Origin: Girardia tigrina
Taxonomy: Eukaryota
Reading direction: 5' to 3'
DNA: 58,513 bases
Assembly (NCBI GenBank): GCA_001938485.1
Contig: MQRK01216208.1
Coordinates: forward strand, 30,119 to 88,631
Positions 1-13,097 of this stretch are shown piece after piece; positions within the stretch are counted from its first letter, which is position 1, and every line of letters begins with the position of its first letter. The translations under genes and the position numbers were made by a program. The notes below the pieces were generated by a model. The model saw only the letters and a program-made list of their open reading frames with translations, was not told the origin of the DNA and made no database searches.

Positions 1-25
1 TATATATATATATATATATATATAT
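1..25. repeat. (TA)n microsatellite
   Basis: Direct reading. Other (TA)n tracts lie at about 1220-1241, 8705-8752, 15153-15185, 20609-20750, 27243-27282 and 41684-41712. Confidence 0.95.
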
Positions 26-677
26 GATTCTTCAGACTTTTATAAATTGAAATTTTCAATAATTTTATTGAATTCATTTTAATGTTATTTAAAAAAAGAC
101 AGTCATTTTGTATTATTCGATTTTGTTTTGCTCTAATGAAGTGAATTGACTGAAGAGCATTTATTCAGCAAAAGCATCATGATCAAAAAATTTTTTAATA
201 TCAATTAATATTAAAACCTAATTTTTCATAGAAAATTAAAACTTTTTCATCAAAATTAAATATTAAAATTTTGTATCATTTTCTAATTAAAAATTGCATC
301 AAAAATCATTTTGACAAACAAAAAGTTCATTTATAATAATAAAGAATGTAAATATAATTAACCGAAAAATTTTCATTTTAATATGAAATGTCAATTTAAA
401 ATGAAATAAAAGTAAAAAATAAAGAAAAATTTTTTATTGATTTTAAATCATTGACAGATTTTATTTCTTTTTAATCAAATTATTTTCAGATTTTTTAAAC
501 AACTATTTTGATTAATAATAATCATAAAAGCTGCTATTACGGTGTTTATATTGGTCATATATGTCGCCTTTTCCATTCCTTGCTTGGGGTCTTACTTTAA
601 GTGACCATTGTCAGCGAGATGGGACCATAATATTATATTTAGTTAATAAGTATTGTTAATGTCCAATAATAAATTTT

Positions 678-693
678 GGCCCTTAAGAGGGCC
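678..693 (-). promoter_or_regulatory. Replication-dependent histone mRNA 3' stem-loop
   Basis: Minus strand AAATAC-GGCCCT-CTTA-AGGGCC-AAAA: a 6-bp stem with a 4-nt loop matching the SLBP-binding consensus, just downstream of the H2B remnant. Confidence 0.85.
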
Positions 694-699
694 GTATTT

Positions 700-1014
700 C
701 TTTCAAAGCTTGTGGAATTCTTAGCCAACTCTCCCGACAGCAGCAGTTTCACTCCCCCCCTGGATCTCTCTGCTCGTGATCGTTGACTTCTAGTTGAATT
801 GCGCCAGTCGACTGGCCTCACTTGCAATTCGCTCTAACACATCGTTCACGAGACTTTTCATGATCGAAATGGCTTTCTCGGAGATGCCAGTGTCTGGGTG
901 CACCTGCCGCAGCCATAATTTTATCATTTGTCTTTCTTCTTCCATTTTCGATTCCTCATTGTCGACAATTTCGATTTTGCTTTTCTTGGATTTTCTTTCT
1001 TCTTTTACGGACAT
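700..1014 (-). pseudogene. H2B: Histone H2B pseudogene
   Basis: Reads [50 protein letters not shown], then a frameshift in a G-run, then VKLLLSGELAK. This is the H2B histone fold. Lesions: in-frame TAG at 790-792, the frameshift, and apparent deletion of the IYIYKV and HAVSEGTKAV segments. Confidence 0.9.
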
Positions 1015-1207
1015 TTTACGATTGTCTAAACAATTTTTTCTTTATTTTTTGTTTGATTGTTTGTTTTACAACAATTTCATTATCGTTATAGATATATAAT
1101 TCGCAAATCGATTTTCATTAACTTTTTATTCCATAACAATTACAATCATTAATCATTAATTCGTTTAAACAAACGAATGAATCAAAACGATTTAAAATTA
1201 TTAATAT

Positions 1208-1240
<33 letters not shown>

Positions 1241-2549
1241 CAATGTTTATTTTAACCTTTTTTTTAATAAATAATTTTTTACTTTTTCGATTTGAATGAA
1301 AATTTTAATTCATTCCGAAACAAGTATAATTATTAAAATAAATATTAAATAAACAATAAATATATCACATGGTAATATCAAAATAATTAAAGAATTATAA
1401 ATTTTTTTAAAAAGTATAATTTTTTGTCTCATCGGACAATAAAACGTATTTATTCTCCGAAGATAGTTCAATATAGCGAGATGTGTTATTAAACATACGG
1501 AAAATCAAAGAAACTCTTCTTTCTTTTCAATAAGAGAAAAGTCAAAGTACTCTCGATTTTCATTCCCTACAACACCGCAGTCATATTTTCGTCGCTATCT
1601 ACCAATCGATTTTGTCCGGAGTCCAGTTACAGGCATTAGTACAGATATCGATCCCTGAAAGGAAGTTCCCTGTCATGTAAACTGTAAGTAGCGTTTATGC
1701 TACTTTAGTTATTACCACAATGAAGATTCATAATTTAACACCAAAATTTTATTAATGATAATAATTCACATAATTAAACAAATTAACTTTTATTGATTAG
1801 GTCCCTCAAACAATAATAACAATAATTATTATTATTATTAAGAACACCAATATAATTTTTCACATTTTTAATTTAATCATATTTTAATTGTCTTTGGGAC
1901 AATTCTCAGTTAAGCTTTCGTAATTCGATACCAGCTAAATTGATACGATTTTTAATTATGAATTGTTTTAAACAATTATTTGAGCAATTTTTTATTATAT
2001 ATTTAAATTATTTTTTAGATTTGAGTTTTTAAATTTTACTTTAATAATTTCTTCAATAATTTTATCAAAAATTATTTTAATTAAAAAATGATTTTATTTA
2101 AAACATCTATTGAATTGATTTAACTGTTTAAACTTATTTATTTTATCAAAATTTTTAATATTCAAATATTTAAAGATAAGTTATTTTAGTAGTTTTAATT
2201 TTTAAATCTTAGGGTGTAAGGTAAAAAAGTAAATCCTCACGGAAATCAAAAATACCAATTTTTTAGTTTGTGGGGAGAAGCACATTTTCAAATACTAAAC
2301 TTAACATACAAAATTCAATATACTAAATTTAAAAGGTTTTTTTATCCAAAATACATTACAAAATCCAAAATTTATTACCATATCCTAAATTTGTTTACAA
2401 AATCCAAAATTAAAAAAAATATTTAAAATATAACAAATTTTTAAAATTTGTTTATTTAAAAGAAATTAGTAAAATTTTAAAGTATAGAAAATATTATCCT
2501 TTGTGATAATGTTCTTGTAATAATGTTATTTTAAAATTTGTTTTTTAGA

Positions 2550-3800
2550 TCCAGACATGATAGAACCAAAACGATATCATGCTAAAATTTGGAAAATGTT
2601 GGATCATATTTTTAATGTTCATGATTGGAGAAAATCGGACTACGTATACCTCACAGGAAATATTTACTGCTTATTATTATTAGAAAAACAAAAATGTTAA
2701 AAACTATCAGGCCGATTTGCGAGTGGATTTCATAATGAACAGAGAGAATATTACATCCATTAGCTACAATGATCATATAATGGGATGTTCAAATGACTAA
2801 CACGATGAATCGAACAACCGGATCAATAAAGAATTAAAAGATAGGGATGGCGCATTATTTGACTCAGGTATTATGAGATCACAGCTGATACAAAGGGTTT
2901 TTATAGCCGAACACATTACTATGCTTATAAGAATAATATCAAGTATCATATGTAGGTATAAGAAAAGGTTTGTGACTGACAATAATGATTTTTCAAAAGA
3001 CGACATCATGGAAATGTGTTTGAATAATAAGTTTACTAATGATAATAAACCATTTATACTGGCCCATTCTATAGAACACACATTAGAGTATTTATATCAA
3101 TTAAAAAGAATATTGAATTACCGAGTTAAGCAACAAATTTACACTTTGATGGAACTTATAGATCAAAGTTTAATGAATTGTAATTGGATTTTCAGACTTA
3201 AACAGAAAGTCAATTTGCTCCGGAATATGTTTTGCTCAGTACGAGGATAAAACAACAATTTTATGGATTTTAGAGGAAATTAAAGAATATTTATCAAAAT
3301 ATTCGCTAATATATTCATTTAAGAATGTTATTGGTGATAATGCTGAAGCTATATCATGCGCCGCTAAAGATTTCGATCACAGTCTTTTGTGAACTAACTG
3401 TTGGGCGCACATAAAAAGATTAATTGATGCGAAGGTTAAATGTTTAGATTCATCATTAATGAATGAATTTATCTATGATATTATTTTTATTCAAAAGTTA
3501 ACTGATAAAAGAGTATAAAACCACCTAAAAGATCTTTAAAATATAAAATATGGTTTCTTTAATCATACCAGAGAATTCATTGAAATGTTTTTAATAACTA
3601 CATTTCTAACAATGGAAACTGGTATGAATCGTGTGATGTGTTTTCTCCTTCTACAAAAAATGCGATTGAAAGGTTTAATTTGCTAATTAAAGAGAAATTT
3701 ACTAATTAGAAAAGTTTAAATTTTAATGAATTTGTCATTATTTGTTTTGAGATAATGATCGATTTTGCTAGTAAGTCTGTTACTTTAGAAAAATCGTATA
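2550..3800 (+). mobile_element. Degenerate MULE/Mutator-family DDE transposase remnant
   Basis: Scattered motifs LHFDGTY (~3139), IGFSDLNRK, GDNAEAI, CWAHIKR (CxxH, ~3399) and PSTKNAIERFN (~3647). Many stops and frameshifts. Confidence 0.75.
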
Positions 3801-4577
3801 TAATAAATCGGAGTTAAACCTAGATTCAATGCTCAAGTTTAAATTGATTAGGTGTTATGAAAGAGAAGAAGTTATTCTATGTTAAATATCATAGGAAGAA
3901 AATAGCGAAGATGTTTATTTACAGTTTCATGGATGTTATGTGTCACCACATTCTCGGTTTTTTTGTGTGGAGTAATTTTGGCGATTTTTATAGTTTGGGA
4001 TTTTTCACATATTTTGATTTTTTGCATGTGAATTTTTCTCAATGAGAATTTGTGTAAATGGTTGAGAAAACTTTTTTTTAATATTTTTTGTGTGTGCTGA
4101 GCAATTTGAATCGTAAATGTTTGGAACTAACTTTGAGAAATTATTTTAGTTAATGTAAAAATTTTAATAATTATTATTTAAAAAAACATTCGTTTGTAAA
4201 TTTGCAGTGTATTTTCTTTACAAATTTTCTTGGACAAATTTTCCATTTCAAATGTCGAATATTTTTTCTGACTTGTTTAAATAATCATTTAGTGTACGAA
4301 GTCAACATTTCTTAAATAAAGCTTTCAAATTATCGTTTTAAATATTTGAAATAATTATTGATTATTTGTTTGCCACAGAATATTATTGTCGTGACAAACT
4401 GCTTTTTCGTTGCTTTTGCAAAAACTGATTGTCGTTTTCGGTTCTTTCATCGAATCGATCGCATCGAGTAAACAGACAAATAAAAATTGACACGATTTAA
4501 ATTTGATACGTGTATCCTTCTTTCATTATCATTCACCATAATACGATCTAATTTTCGCGGTTTTCTCCAACACAAAA

Positions 4578-4925
4578 ATGAACAAAATTCTTCTATTAAT
4601 CGCAATCGGCATAGCGATCTGCAACGCCAACGAGAACTCGGCCAAATTATTGGTGTCAAAATCGATAATCAATCCGTATTTGGTGAAAAAGAAAGACATA
4701 ATGATTCTCTATGAAACTTACGACATCGGATCGAGTACCGCATCAGATATCGAATTGAAGGATGAGAACTTCCCTCCGCAATATCTCGGATTCGTGATGG
4801 ACAGGCTGTCAAGGCGGTGGCCCCATCTGGCCCCGAGCAACAACCTGACCAGCGCCGCCGTCATCCGGCCGAACAGTGCCGGTTATTTCAACTTCACAGC
4901 GGCTTACGTGAGCTACAAGACGAAT
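4578..4925 (+). pseudogene. SSR2: Translocon-associated protein beta (TRAP-beta), intronless, 3'-truncated copy
   Basis: Signal peptide followed by AKLLVSKSIINPYLV...YDIGSSTASDIEL.D.NFP...W..LAPSNN....VIRP..AGYFNFTAAYVSY. Homology stops before the C-terminal TM segment, where hAT sequence begins. Confidence 0.85.
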
Positions 4926-4929
4926 ACTA

Positions 4930-6062
4930 CAATGGAGAATTTGGGTATTTGTGTTTCTTACTACAAATCTCTAGAGTACATCTCAAGGAAAAATTAACCC
5001 ACTGTCCTTCCCCTTCGGTTTGCAATCCACGTGATGAGCTTATTTATCCGCGATGCTCTCCACAATGTTAACTTCCTGAAAACATCCTTCCATATTTAGA
5101 AGGGTGTTGTATATCGTTACTGCGAGACTCAGTGGATTAGTGTATTCGATCGACTTACTGACTTGAAGAAGCATTTGTGCAAGCTCGATGGCTCAGATAA
5201 TCCTTCCGTGTTAAACAGCGTGGGCAATGTTATTGTGGCTCTATCTCCATTCATGGAAGACCTGAACCTGGCAAAAAAGCAGTAATTGGTCCTCTGTATA
5301 CAAAGCATTCTCCAATGTTGTAGCTATATGAGAAACGTCTTTTTTAAATAGATAGAACTTTTTTCCCGATTTCAAGCAATTCGTTGCCGACCGCAAATTC
5401 TATTCCGTTATTTCAATTCCGCGACGACTGTTACTATTTTTGGAACACAAAGTGAAGACCATCCCTGTGGATGAGGATGCAGTTAAAAGGTAATTAGTGT
5501 GCAGAAACTAATTCACTAATCATTGAGATCATCCCTATCTGATGATATTCTCTTTATTCGTTATAATCACGTGTATAAATATAATTTTTTCGGTTAACAG
5601 ACCTGTATGAATTATTGTATCAATCCTGATACAGTTATCACAAAACTGAATCACTAGTGACAGTCTTTCTTCCATGGCTTTTAAAACTGATTCATGAGTG
5701 AATGTTAAATGTGTTAAGTATGATTAAAAATAAATTTAAAATTAAATTTTAGTATATTTTTTGTTTACTTCATGTAAAATTTGAGGGCATAAACAGAAAC
5801 TGCTTCTGTTTTTATTATATATTCGCGTACCTTATTTAACAAATTATAAATAACATGTTCGTTTCTTAATAATTTGATTTTAACTTTGTTTGAGTCTCTA
5901 TTTTCATTGTATGTAAGTGTCATGTTCCTTATTTGTATGAATTTATAATGTTATATGAGTAGTTAATGAAATAGCCCGTAGCCAGTTGATCTGTGACCCG
6001 TGGCTCGTAAAGAAATGCCGTCGCCCGAGAAGAGCGCCCCGTCAGGTACGGGCCCCACCCTA
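4930..6062 (+). mobile_element. Degenerate hAT transposase remnant with right terminus
   Basis: Motifs FAIHVMSLFIRD (CxxH-like), YCETQWISVFD (TRWNS-like), IPVDEDAVKR (SEAAVER-like) and LRSSLSDDILFIRYN (dimerisation-domain end). A GC-rich subterminus ends ...CCCCACCCTA (TAGGG-type hAT end). Confidence 0.65.
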
Positions 6063-7168
6063 GCTCATAACTCATCAATGGATTATTATTACAGATCAAT
6101 TAGCTGTTGATGTGCTGGTTATTTTTTAAATCTTTTTTTTGCATTTTTTGGATGACGGGATTTCTAAAATTTTAATTGTACGAAAATTTAGGATTATCGA
6201 ATTTTCTCTGATAAATTAGTATGCGAAATCGGTTATTTGCATCCCAGTTATATATAGTGGATGTACTCTGCGCGCCATCTACACACATTATCTAAAAACG
6301 TGTCAGTTACAAGTTTGCTTTTTTTAATTTGAATAAAAATAGTTCGGTAGTCATTACTCGTGACTGAAACTTTGAATTTGATTATTTAAACAGAATTCTT
6401 TTGTTCCAATAATGAATAGAACAAAAACAAAAATAAATTTCAATAACAATCTAGTAATAAATTTAAAATGGGCCTAGCATGATCACGATATTTTTGAGCT
6501 TCACTGCGCCTCTGTTACTACTGGTCAGGCTCTGGGGAAACCTGGGGACTGCATAGAACAAATGATAATAATAATAAAGAACTACATTATAATATACTTT
6601 TAAATATTACAAATGTTTTTAGAATCAAAAAAATTAACATTAAATTAATTTTCTTTTGCCTTAAGTGATAATTATTCTGATTTATGAAAAAAAAGAAAAT
6701 TAGTAAATAAATGTTTTAATATTTTTCATAATATTCAACTGATAGTTGAAACTGAATATTCTTTTCATAATAATTAATTTTTTTTCTAATGCATCATTTA
6801 CAACTGAAAGATTTCCCAGACGAATCGACTTTGCATCACTGAATCCGGGCCGTACGCAAATTATTTTTTTCTTTTTTAACACTTCTTCAAATATCTCTTT
6901 TTACCGTGAACGATTTCCTGAAAATTATTTTCTTTTTGAACAATTTTCAGTTTATTTGAAGCATTAAATTTATTATATTATATTTCCTAAATCAATCGTT
7001 GACTTTTAATTACATATTATCTATATCATCAAAATTATCTTAAATAAAATTTAGAAGACTAAATTAAATATTAAACAATATTACAAAATAGTGAAACATA
7101 CAGGGGAAATTTTTCTAACGAAATGTTACTAACTTGGCCAAAAATAATTATTGGAATAAGAATATAAC

Positions 7169-8410
7169 TAGGGTGCACAATTCACCACGGCATGTTATGT
7201 GTCGCCCGGGATACTTATACAACCAAATAATAATAAAAGTAAAATAAATTTATATTGTTTCTTTTCTTATTTCTATTCATTGGTCAATTGCATTTAATAT
7301 TCAAAGAAATATATTAAAACATTCACATTTCATTTATTGTTAAAATAACCGCACTGTAAATTCGAAGATTTGTGATATCGCAATAGTCACAACACCAATC
7401 CATAAGGTTACCGAACTCTTATTCAGGTGCTTAATAGTGCTATTGGCCAAACTCAAAGATGAATTTTACTAAGTCAAATTTAAATAATCAACTTAAAAGC
7501 TTAAAATTTACCTTTCCAAAAAACAAATTCAATATATAAAAATGTTTTAATTAAAAACATTTGGAAAAGACATTATTTAAACAGATAAAAATGAGGAATA
7601 AAGATTTTTAATTTTCCTCCGCTTTTTTAACTGTTCATTTAAAATTTCCTAAAATTTTCATTTGTTTTCCGAACCCTTAATTCGAATGTTAAGAATCTTT
7701 GACAAATTTGGCTTAGTTTGTCCAATTCTTCCAACAGCGGTACTTTCTTTATAAATGTTTTCTTGAACCAATTTTTGGATTCCACATCTGACTTTGGTTT
7801 CTTACCATCTTCTATCGCATTTCACCAAAGAATTTTCGCTTCGTCTATCAACAAATAATAACACATTTACGAGAATGTTAACCTAAAAAATTCTGAGCAT
7901 TGGCATATATCTGTATATCACATTGGAACTTCTTCAGAATCTACTCCATTGTACTCCTTCATTTTCTTCTTGAGGATTTTTTTAAAGATTGATTGGAATA
8001 CTTTGAAATAACTTTGATTGGAATACTACCGTGGTCGCCAATCTCCAGGTTTCAATTCAGAATTCATAATATCGACAAGTAGAATATATTTAATAATTAT
8101 AATTTTTTTAGAATACTTAATCAAATAAATAATCACAACTTTTACTAAAATGGTTTGTGATATAATTTTAATAAAAAATATTACATAAAACTATATTATT
8201 ACATAAACTAAATATTATTTAAATTATATGATTTAATCCTAATAATAATATTTTAATAATTTCTATATCGGAAATTTAAAAGTATTTATGAATTACTTGG
8301 ATTTAACCACAGTAGGCTAATTCCGCAGCAGTTTGGAGGAATCCGCGGTGTGGCGCTTCATTCTATTAAAACCATAAATTCCGCGGCGCTACGAAATATT
8401 GTGCGCCTTG
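7169..8410. mobile_element. Non-autonomous hAT element
   Basis: Imperfect TIR TAGGGTGCACAAT / ATTGTGCGCCTTG flanked by the 8-bp TSD AATATAAC (7161-7168 and 8411-8418). CCGCGG subterminal repeats. Confidence 0.8.
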
Positions 8411-8707
8411 AATATAACTAATTTATGAAACGGATACTGATTAATTTATCCTGTTCAAACTATAGTATGTAAAGACGCGCTTTCTGTGTACCTTCCAATA
8501 TTTTATATTCGTGGGTAAGTGTATAAAATTTAAGACTTACAATCATTACCTAAATTGTGTATGAAGTTTCATATCATTGATCGACTATTTTGTGGTGGTT
8601 ATCGATTGCTATTATTTTTGTAACATTAATCTCTATCGTAAAAGCAATAGAAAAACAATCCTTTTTGTTATGGTTTGGCAACTTATAGCAGTTAAAGATT
8701 ACTCATA

Positions 8708-8756
<49 letters not shown>

Positions 8757-10701
8757 ATATCTCACATACTCATATATCTGAAGTTGATCCCTATTGTTGC
8801 ATTTTCACTTAATTTTAAAATTAAATTAATTTTTATCCAATGATTATTTGTTCGTAAGACATTTATAATGAATATCAGGAGATTCAAAAATTGTTTTTTC
8901 AGAAAATAAATTATTAAGGAGTTCTAAATCACTCCCAACTGACAGACATATCCAAATCAGTAGTTTTAAAAATTAAAAGTGTTAGAAATATTTCGAATGT
9001 TTGATGTTTTATATTGATTTGTAATTGCTTCTCTCCTATCCAGATGACTGATTTATATTTTAATTCTGAAAATATGTAATGTTACAATTCATTTCTAATT
9101 TAAAATGATTGTAAAATTTTAAATTAGTTGATAAATTTTATTTACATTTTTTAAATAAATAAATTAAGTATATTATTGCTTAAATAATTAATATTCATTT
9201 TAATTTTTAACAAATTAAATTTGTAGTAAATATTTTAATTGATTATTCAATCTCTATTTACTTAGAATCTGTCTGAGATAATAGAATCAAAGTCATTAGA
9301 CGATTAGAAGGATGCAAATGTACGAAAGCTTTGATAGAGATTAGTCAATCTTACAATAGTAATAAAATGTGGAAAACCACATTGGTGTTCTTAATAAATA
9401 AACTTACAAATTGCGAAAGTTTTAAAGGCCATGTTATGGTAATTAACGTAAGAAAATCTGAAAGTTATAAGATTATTACAGGATTTCACATCTTTTCTCA
9501 GATGATGTAGTTTGTCTGTTCCGAAATTGTTTGAGAAACTGTAGAAGCATTTTTCCTTCAGCGATATCATGTTTCAATTATCAATTTATTTTAAACAATA
9601 TAAAAAATATTTCATGATATTATACAACATGGTAAAGCAAAGTAAATGAAAAGGAAAATATTTTAGACATTACTTATCATGCTTTCTAAAAACATTTAAT
9701 GTTTTGAAGTTTTGTAACGGTTGAATATCAGTATGTTTCACCCATTACAATGGTTCTTCCAGTGTCACACGGAATTATTCCATTTTCTTTCTTAATCATT
9801 CCATTTTCCTATAGGAAAAATGACTTTTTTCATAATACGGGTGGATTATATCCATCTCGGTGAAAGTTGCATTTCAGTATTTCATTGAAATTGAACATTT
9901 TGATAACATAAGCGTTAGATTCGATATCTGGAAAGGGGTTTCAAGAGCTCACTCAATAATTAAAAATGTCGGTTCTAACAGTAACCTCAGTAAATGCGCA
10001 TTGAAAGCATAAAAGAGGATGATTTGAAACCTTCCAGAAGGAATACTTATACGTGACGGTATTGCGTCGGAAAAATATTTAAAGCAAATAACAATCATTT
10101 TTCTTGATATATCTTTCAACGATTATTTGATTTTGTTAACCGTTGAAAACTCATTATACAATGGAACCGGACTTATGTCCTCGTATTGCTCGCTTACTTT
10201 CCGTTCAATCGCAAACGACATCAGGTCGGCGCACGCATAAGACGCATTTTGAAAATAAATGAGGACAAAAATTATTTTAACAACACTTGTTTAAAATTAA
10301 TACTTCAATAACACAACTATTAACTAGAAATTTCCAGAAATAACTGGAAATAAGTTCAACGTTGCTTAAGAGACATTATTTTAATCATTTTAATTCACTT
10401 TTTGTCAAAGAAATTCCAAATTTTTTTTAAATTTTAACACTATTCTCTTAATCAAGTTCTATATAAAATGCTCATAACATTTTTCTTAACATAAGTATTT
10501 TAATTGATATATTATTTGACTGATACCCCTGAAATCCATAAAAATAAGAAATAAGACCTTGGTCATGATGTATTGACAATGCATTTTTTAATAACACTTT
10601 AACAGTAATTTTACTTTGAATCAATAAATAGGTTACTCCATCATTTCATGAAACATTACAAAAGAGCTTTTTATTCATTTATTTGACAATTTATCTTTTA
10701 G

Positions 10702-11718
10702 AGCAACAGAAGACTTTCGAATTTGAGTTGTAACAGTTTTGAGACTTTGGCTGGATTGCAATTCGAAAATCTGAGGAACCATCAAATGTTCACCAAAACT
10801 GGACTCTACAAAAATGGTGTAGTGGCCATAAAACCCATTCGGCATGGTAAAAGAATCGAAATTAACAACGCTCTTCTAATTCAAGTGAAAAAAGTAACAT
10901 TTAATTGATATTTTAAAGCTTTTAAATGTTTCCTTACATTAGATTAAGGATCTAAATAATGATCATATCTGCAGATTTATTGGAGTATGTTTGGATGTTC
11001 ACCACAGATGTATCCTGACTGAATACTGCCCTAAAGGTAGTCTTCAAGATGTATTAGAAAACGATCAGATCAAATTAGATTGGATATTTAAATTCTCTTT
11101 AATTCAAGACATTTGTAGAGTAACTTATCCATTCTTTAAAGTAATATTAATTTATTAAGAGATTTTTAGGGAATGATATACTTACATGCCAATCTTGGAC
11201 CCCATGGAAATTTAAAGAGTTCAAATTGCCTGATTGATTCGAGATTTGTTGTGAAAGTTACAGATTTTGGTTTGCAAAAATTGAGAGGAACAAAAGATTA
11301 TTTATTAGAAGAAAATCCTTATTCATATTATAGAAGTAGAATAAGAAGATTGTCAAAACAATATTTTCATAATTTTGCTTTTAGATTTATTATGGACTGC
11401 TCCTGAAGTACTGCGCAACCCAACTGCTTTTTCTGGTGGAACATTGAAAGGAGATGTTTATAGTTTTTCTATTATTTGCCAAGAAATTATTTACAGAAAT
11501 GGTGTTTTCTATCTTGGTGAGTTCGAGCCGACAATGGAGCCACATGATATTGTAGAAAATGTTAGAATGGTTCGATCAATTCCATTTAGACCACATATCG
11601 GAAATGAAATCGAAAATTATGAAGAAATAGATTCCTTGGTCAGACATATGTGGAGTGAAGATCCCAACCAAAGACCTGAAATGAGGAATATCAAAATGAT
11701 GTTAAGAAAATTTAACAA
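10702..11718 (+). CDS. Receptor-type guanylate cyclase: kinase-homology domain exons
   Basis: Exons 10702-10893, 10943-11119, 11170-11335 and 11385-11718, joined by GT-AG introns of 49, 50 and 49 nt. Motifs VAIK, TEYCPKGSLQD, HGNLKSSNCLIDSRFVVKVTDFG, LLWTAPE, KGDVYSF. Upstream TM and extracellular exons were not found in the window. Confidence 0.93.
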
Positions 11719-11844
11719 GTAACACCTATAGTTTTTTTTAATGAAAGCAATTATAGAAATTAATTTTTTTGCAGTTAAACTTAGAATTGATCAAACGTTG
11801 ACTCATTCAAATGCCTTAATAAAAATAACCAATAGAGTTTCCTT

Positions 11845-12323
11845 CCTGGTATTACGTCTATTAAGAACACTAATATGATTTCCAATACTTATAAAGACAT
11901 CACAACTCGAATTGCCTTCTCCACAAAACCTTCGTAGTTATAAATCGTTCCTCATTGATGATTTAAAAATTTATTTCTAAATCTCGAATTATTCGAAGAA
12001 ATTTAAATTACAATCTCTTTATAAAATAATTTTTAATTATTTTCAAAAATATTTTTTTAATTCATTTCAAATATATTATATATGATTAAATAAATCTTTA
12101 CGTTATAATATACTATTAAAATATTATTATATATTTATTGATTAAAATATAATTATTTAATTTTACATTTGTTATTTACATTTCAAAATTGGCCGAATAA
12201 TCTGACGGTTCAAAATAATATATCAATAAAAAATTAATCTTCCATCTGAATGAGAGAAACACAATCATAAAAACATATCAAACACAACCTACGATAAACG
12301 TCATTCTAAAGGTTTTCCTCACA
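11845..12323 (-). mobile_element. Solo LTR (TGTGAG-start Gypsy family)
   Basis: Begins TGTGAGG on the minus strand, carries the shared GTGTTTCTC..CAGATGG motif and the TTAGTGTTCTTAAT 3' motif. 3' boundary approximate. Confidence 0.55.
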
Positions 12324-12365
12324 ACGACATTCCAATCATTATTAAAGTTTTACACATTTCCAAGT

Positions 12366-12605
12366 GGGCCTCCTATCTCTGTCGAATGGTATTGAGCCAC
12401 TAGGCTCTTTAGAGGGTCCACTCAAATTAAAGAATCACTAGCAGTACCCCGATAGACCTCCTACGGGGTTGGATAGTTTCGGTCGCCGAGATCTTTTCGG
12501 CTGCACTGTGAGAAACGACCACCCATGGGTTATATATCCATGGTTCTGCCTATCTTTGGCTGTATTCGAGGACTTTGTACAGCCGCGAAAGGGACATCTG
12601 AATTG
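12366..12605 (-). mobile_element. 5'-truncated copy of the zinc-finger-tailed LINE
   Basis: Translates QFRCPFRGCTKSSNTAKDRQNHGYITHGWSFLT, homologous to the last finger of the 17302-20169 LINE. The 3' UTR aligns with 20070-20169. Confidence 0.85.
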
Positions 12606-13097
12606 TAGTTAGAAATGTAGGAAGAAAGGTCATAGAATGTTATTTTGCGTTTAGTCAAACTTTTTTCCATTGATGTATAAACAGAAAAATATACGATCAT
12701 CTTTATATGTAAGATTAATATTTGAATAATTGAACAACTTCATAAATTTATCATGAAAAAGAATTTTGAAAGAACTTTCAAAAAACTAAACTTTAAAAAA
12801 AATTAGAAACATTCGGAATATCGTTTTCTAGAGATGCATTGAAAAATAGTATATACAATTATTTATTGAATTTAGTTGTCCTTTTTGAATTTTTAATATT
12901 TTCGAAGATTTTATCAAAAATTTCATTCATGAAAGATTTCAGAAGAGATAGGAGATTCTTCATAGAAAAGTGATCTTAATTCTTGAAATTATTCATTACA
13001 ATACGTCTTTTAAAAAAGAATCTATTTTTCCTTTTATTATTTTGTTGATCAAATCGTTTTGATAAAAGTACTTGTTTTCTATACGAATTTCTATTTC

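Noticed and set aside
790-792. In-frame stops in H2B, boule and the LINE as evidence for a variant genetic code or readthrough
   Set aside because: The same sequences also carry frameshifts and deletions, and the intact cyclase exons contain no in-frame stops.
2210-6062. Single composite (Pack) element bounded by TAGGGTG...CACCCTA enclosing MULE, SSR2 and hAT
   Set aside because: Only 7 bp of inverted match, and the flanks (TTAAATCT vs GCTCATAA) give no target-site duplication.
8577-8843. ORFs with YI repeats (also 20605 and 41600) and many short antisense ORFs in the track
   Set aside because: Artefacts of (TA)n tracts, or shadows of TE and host coding strands.
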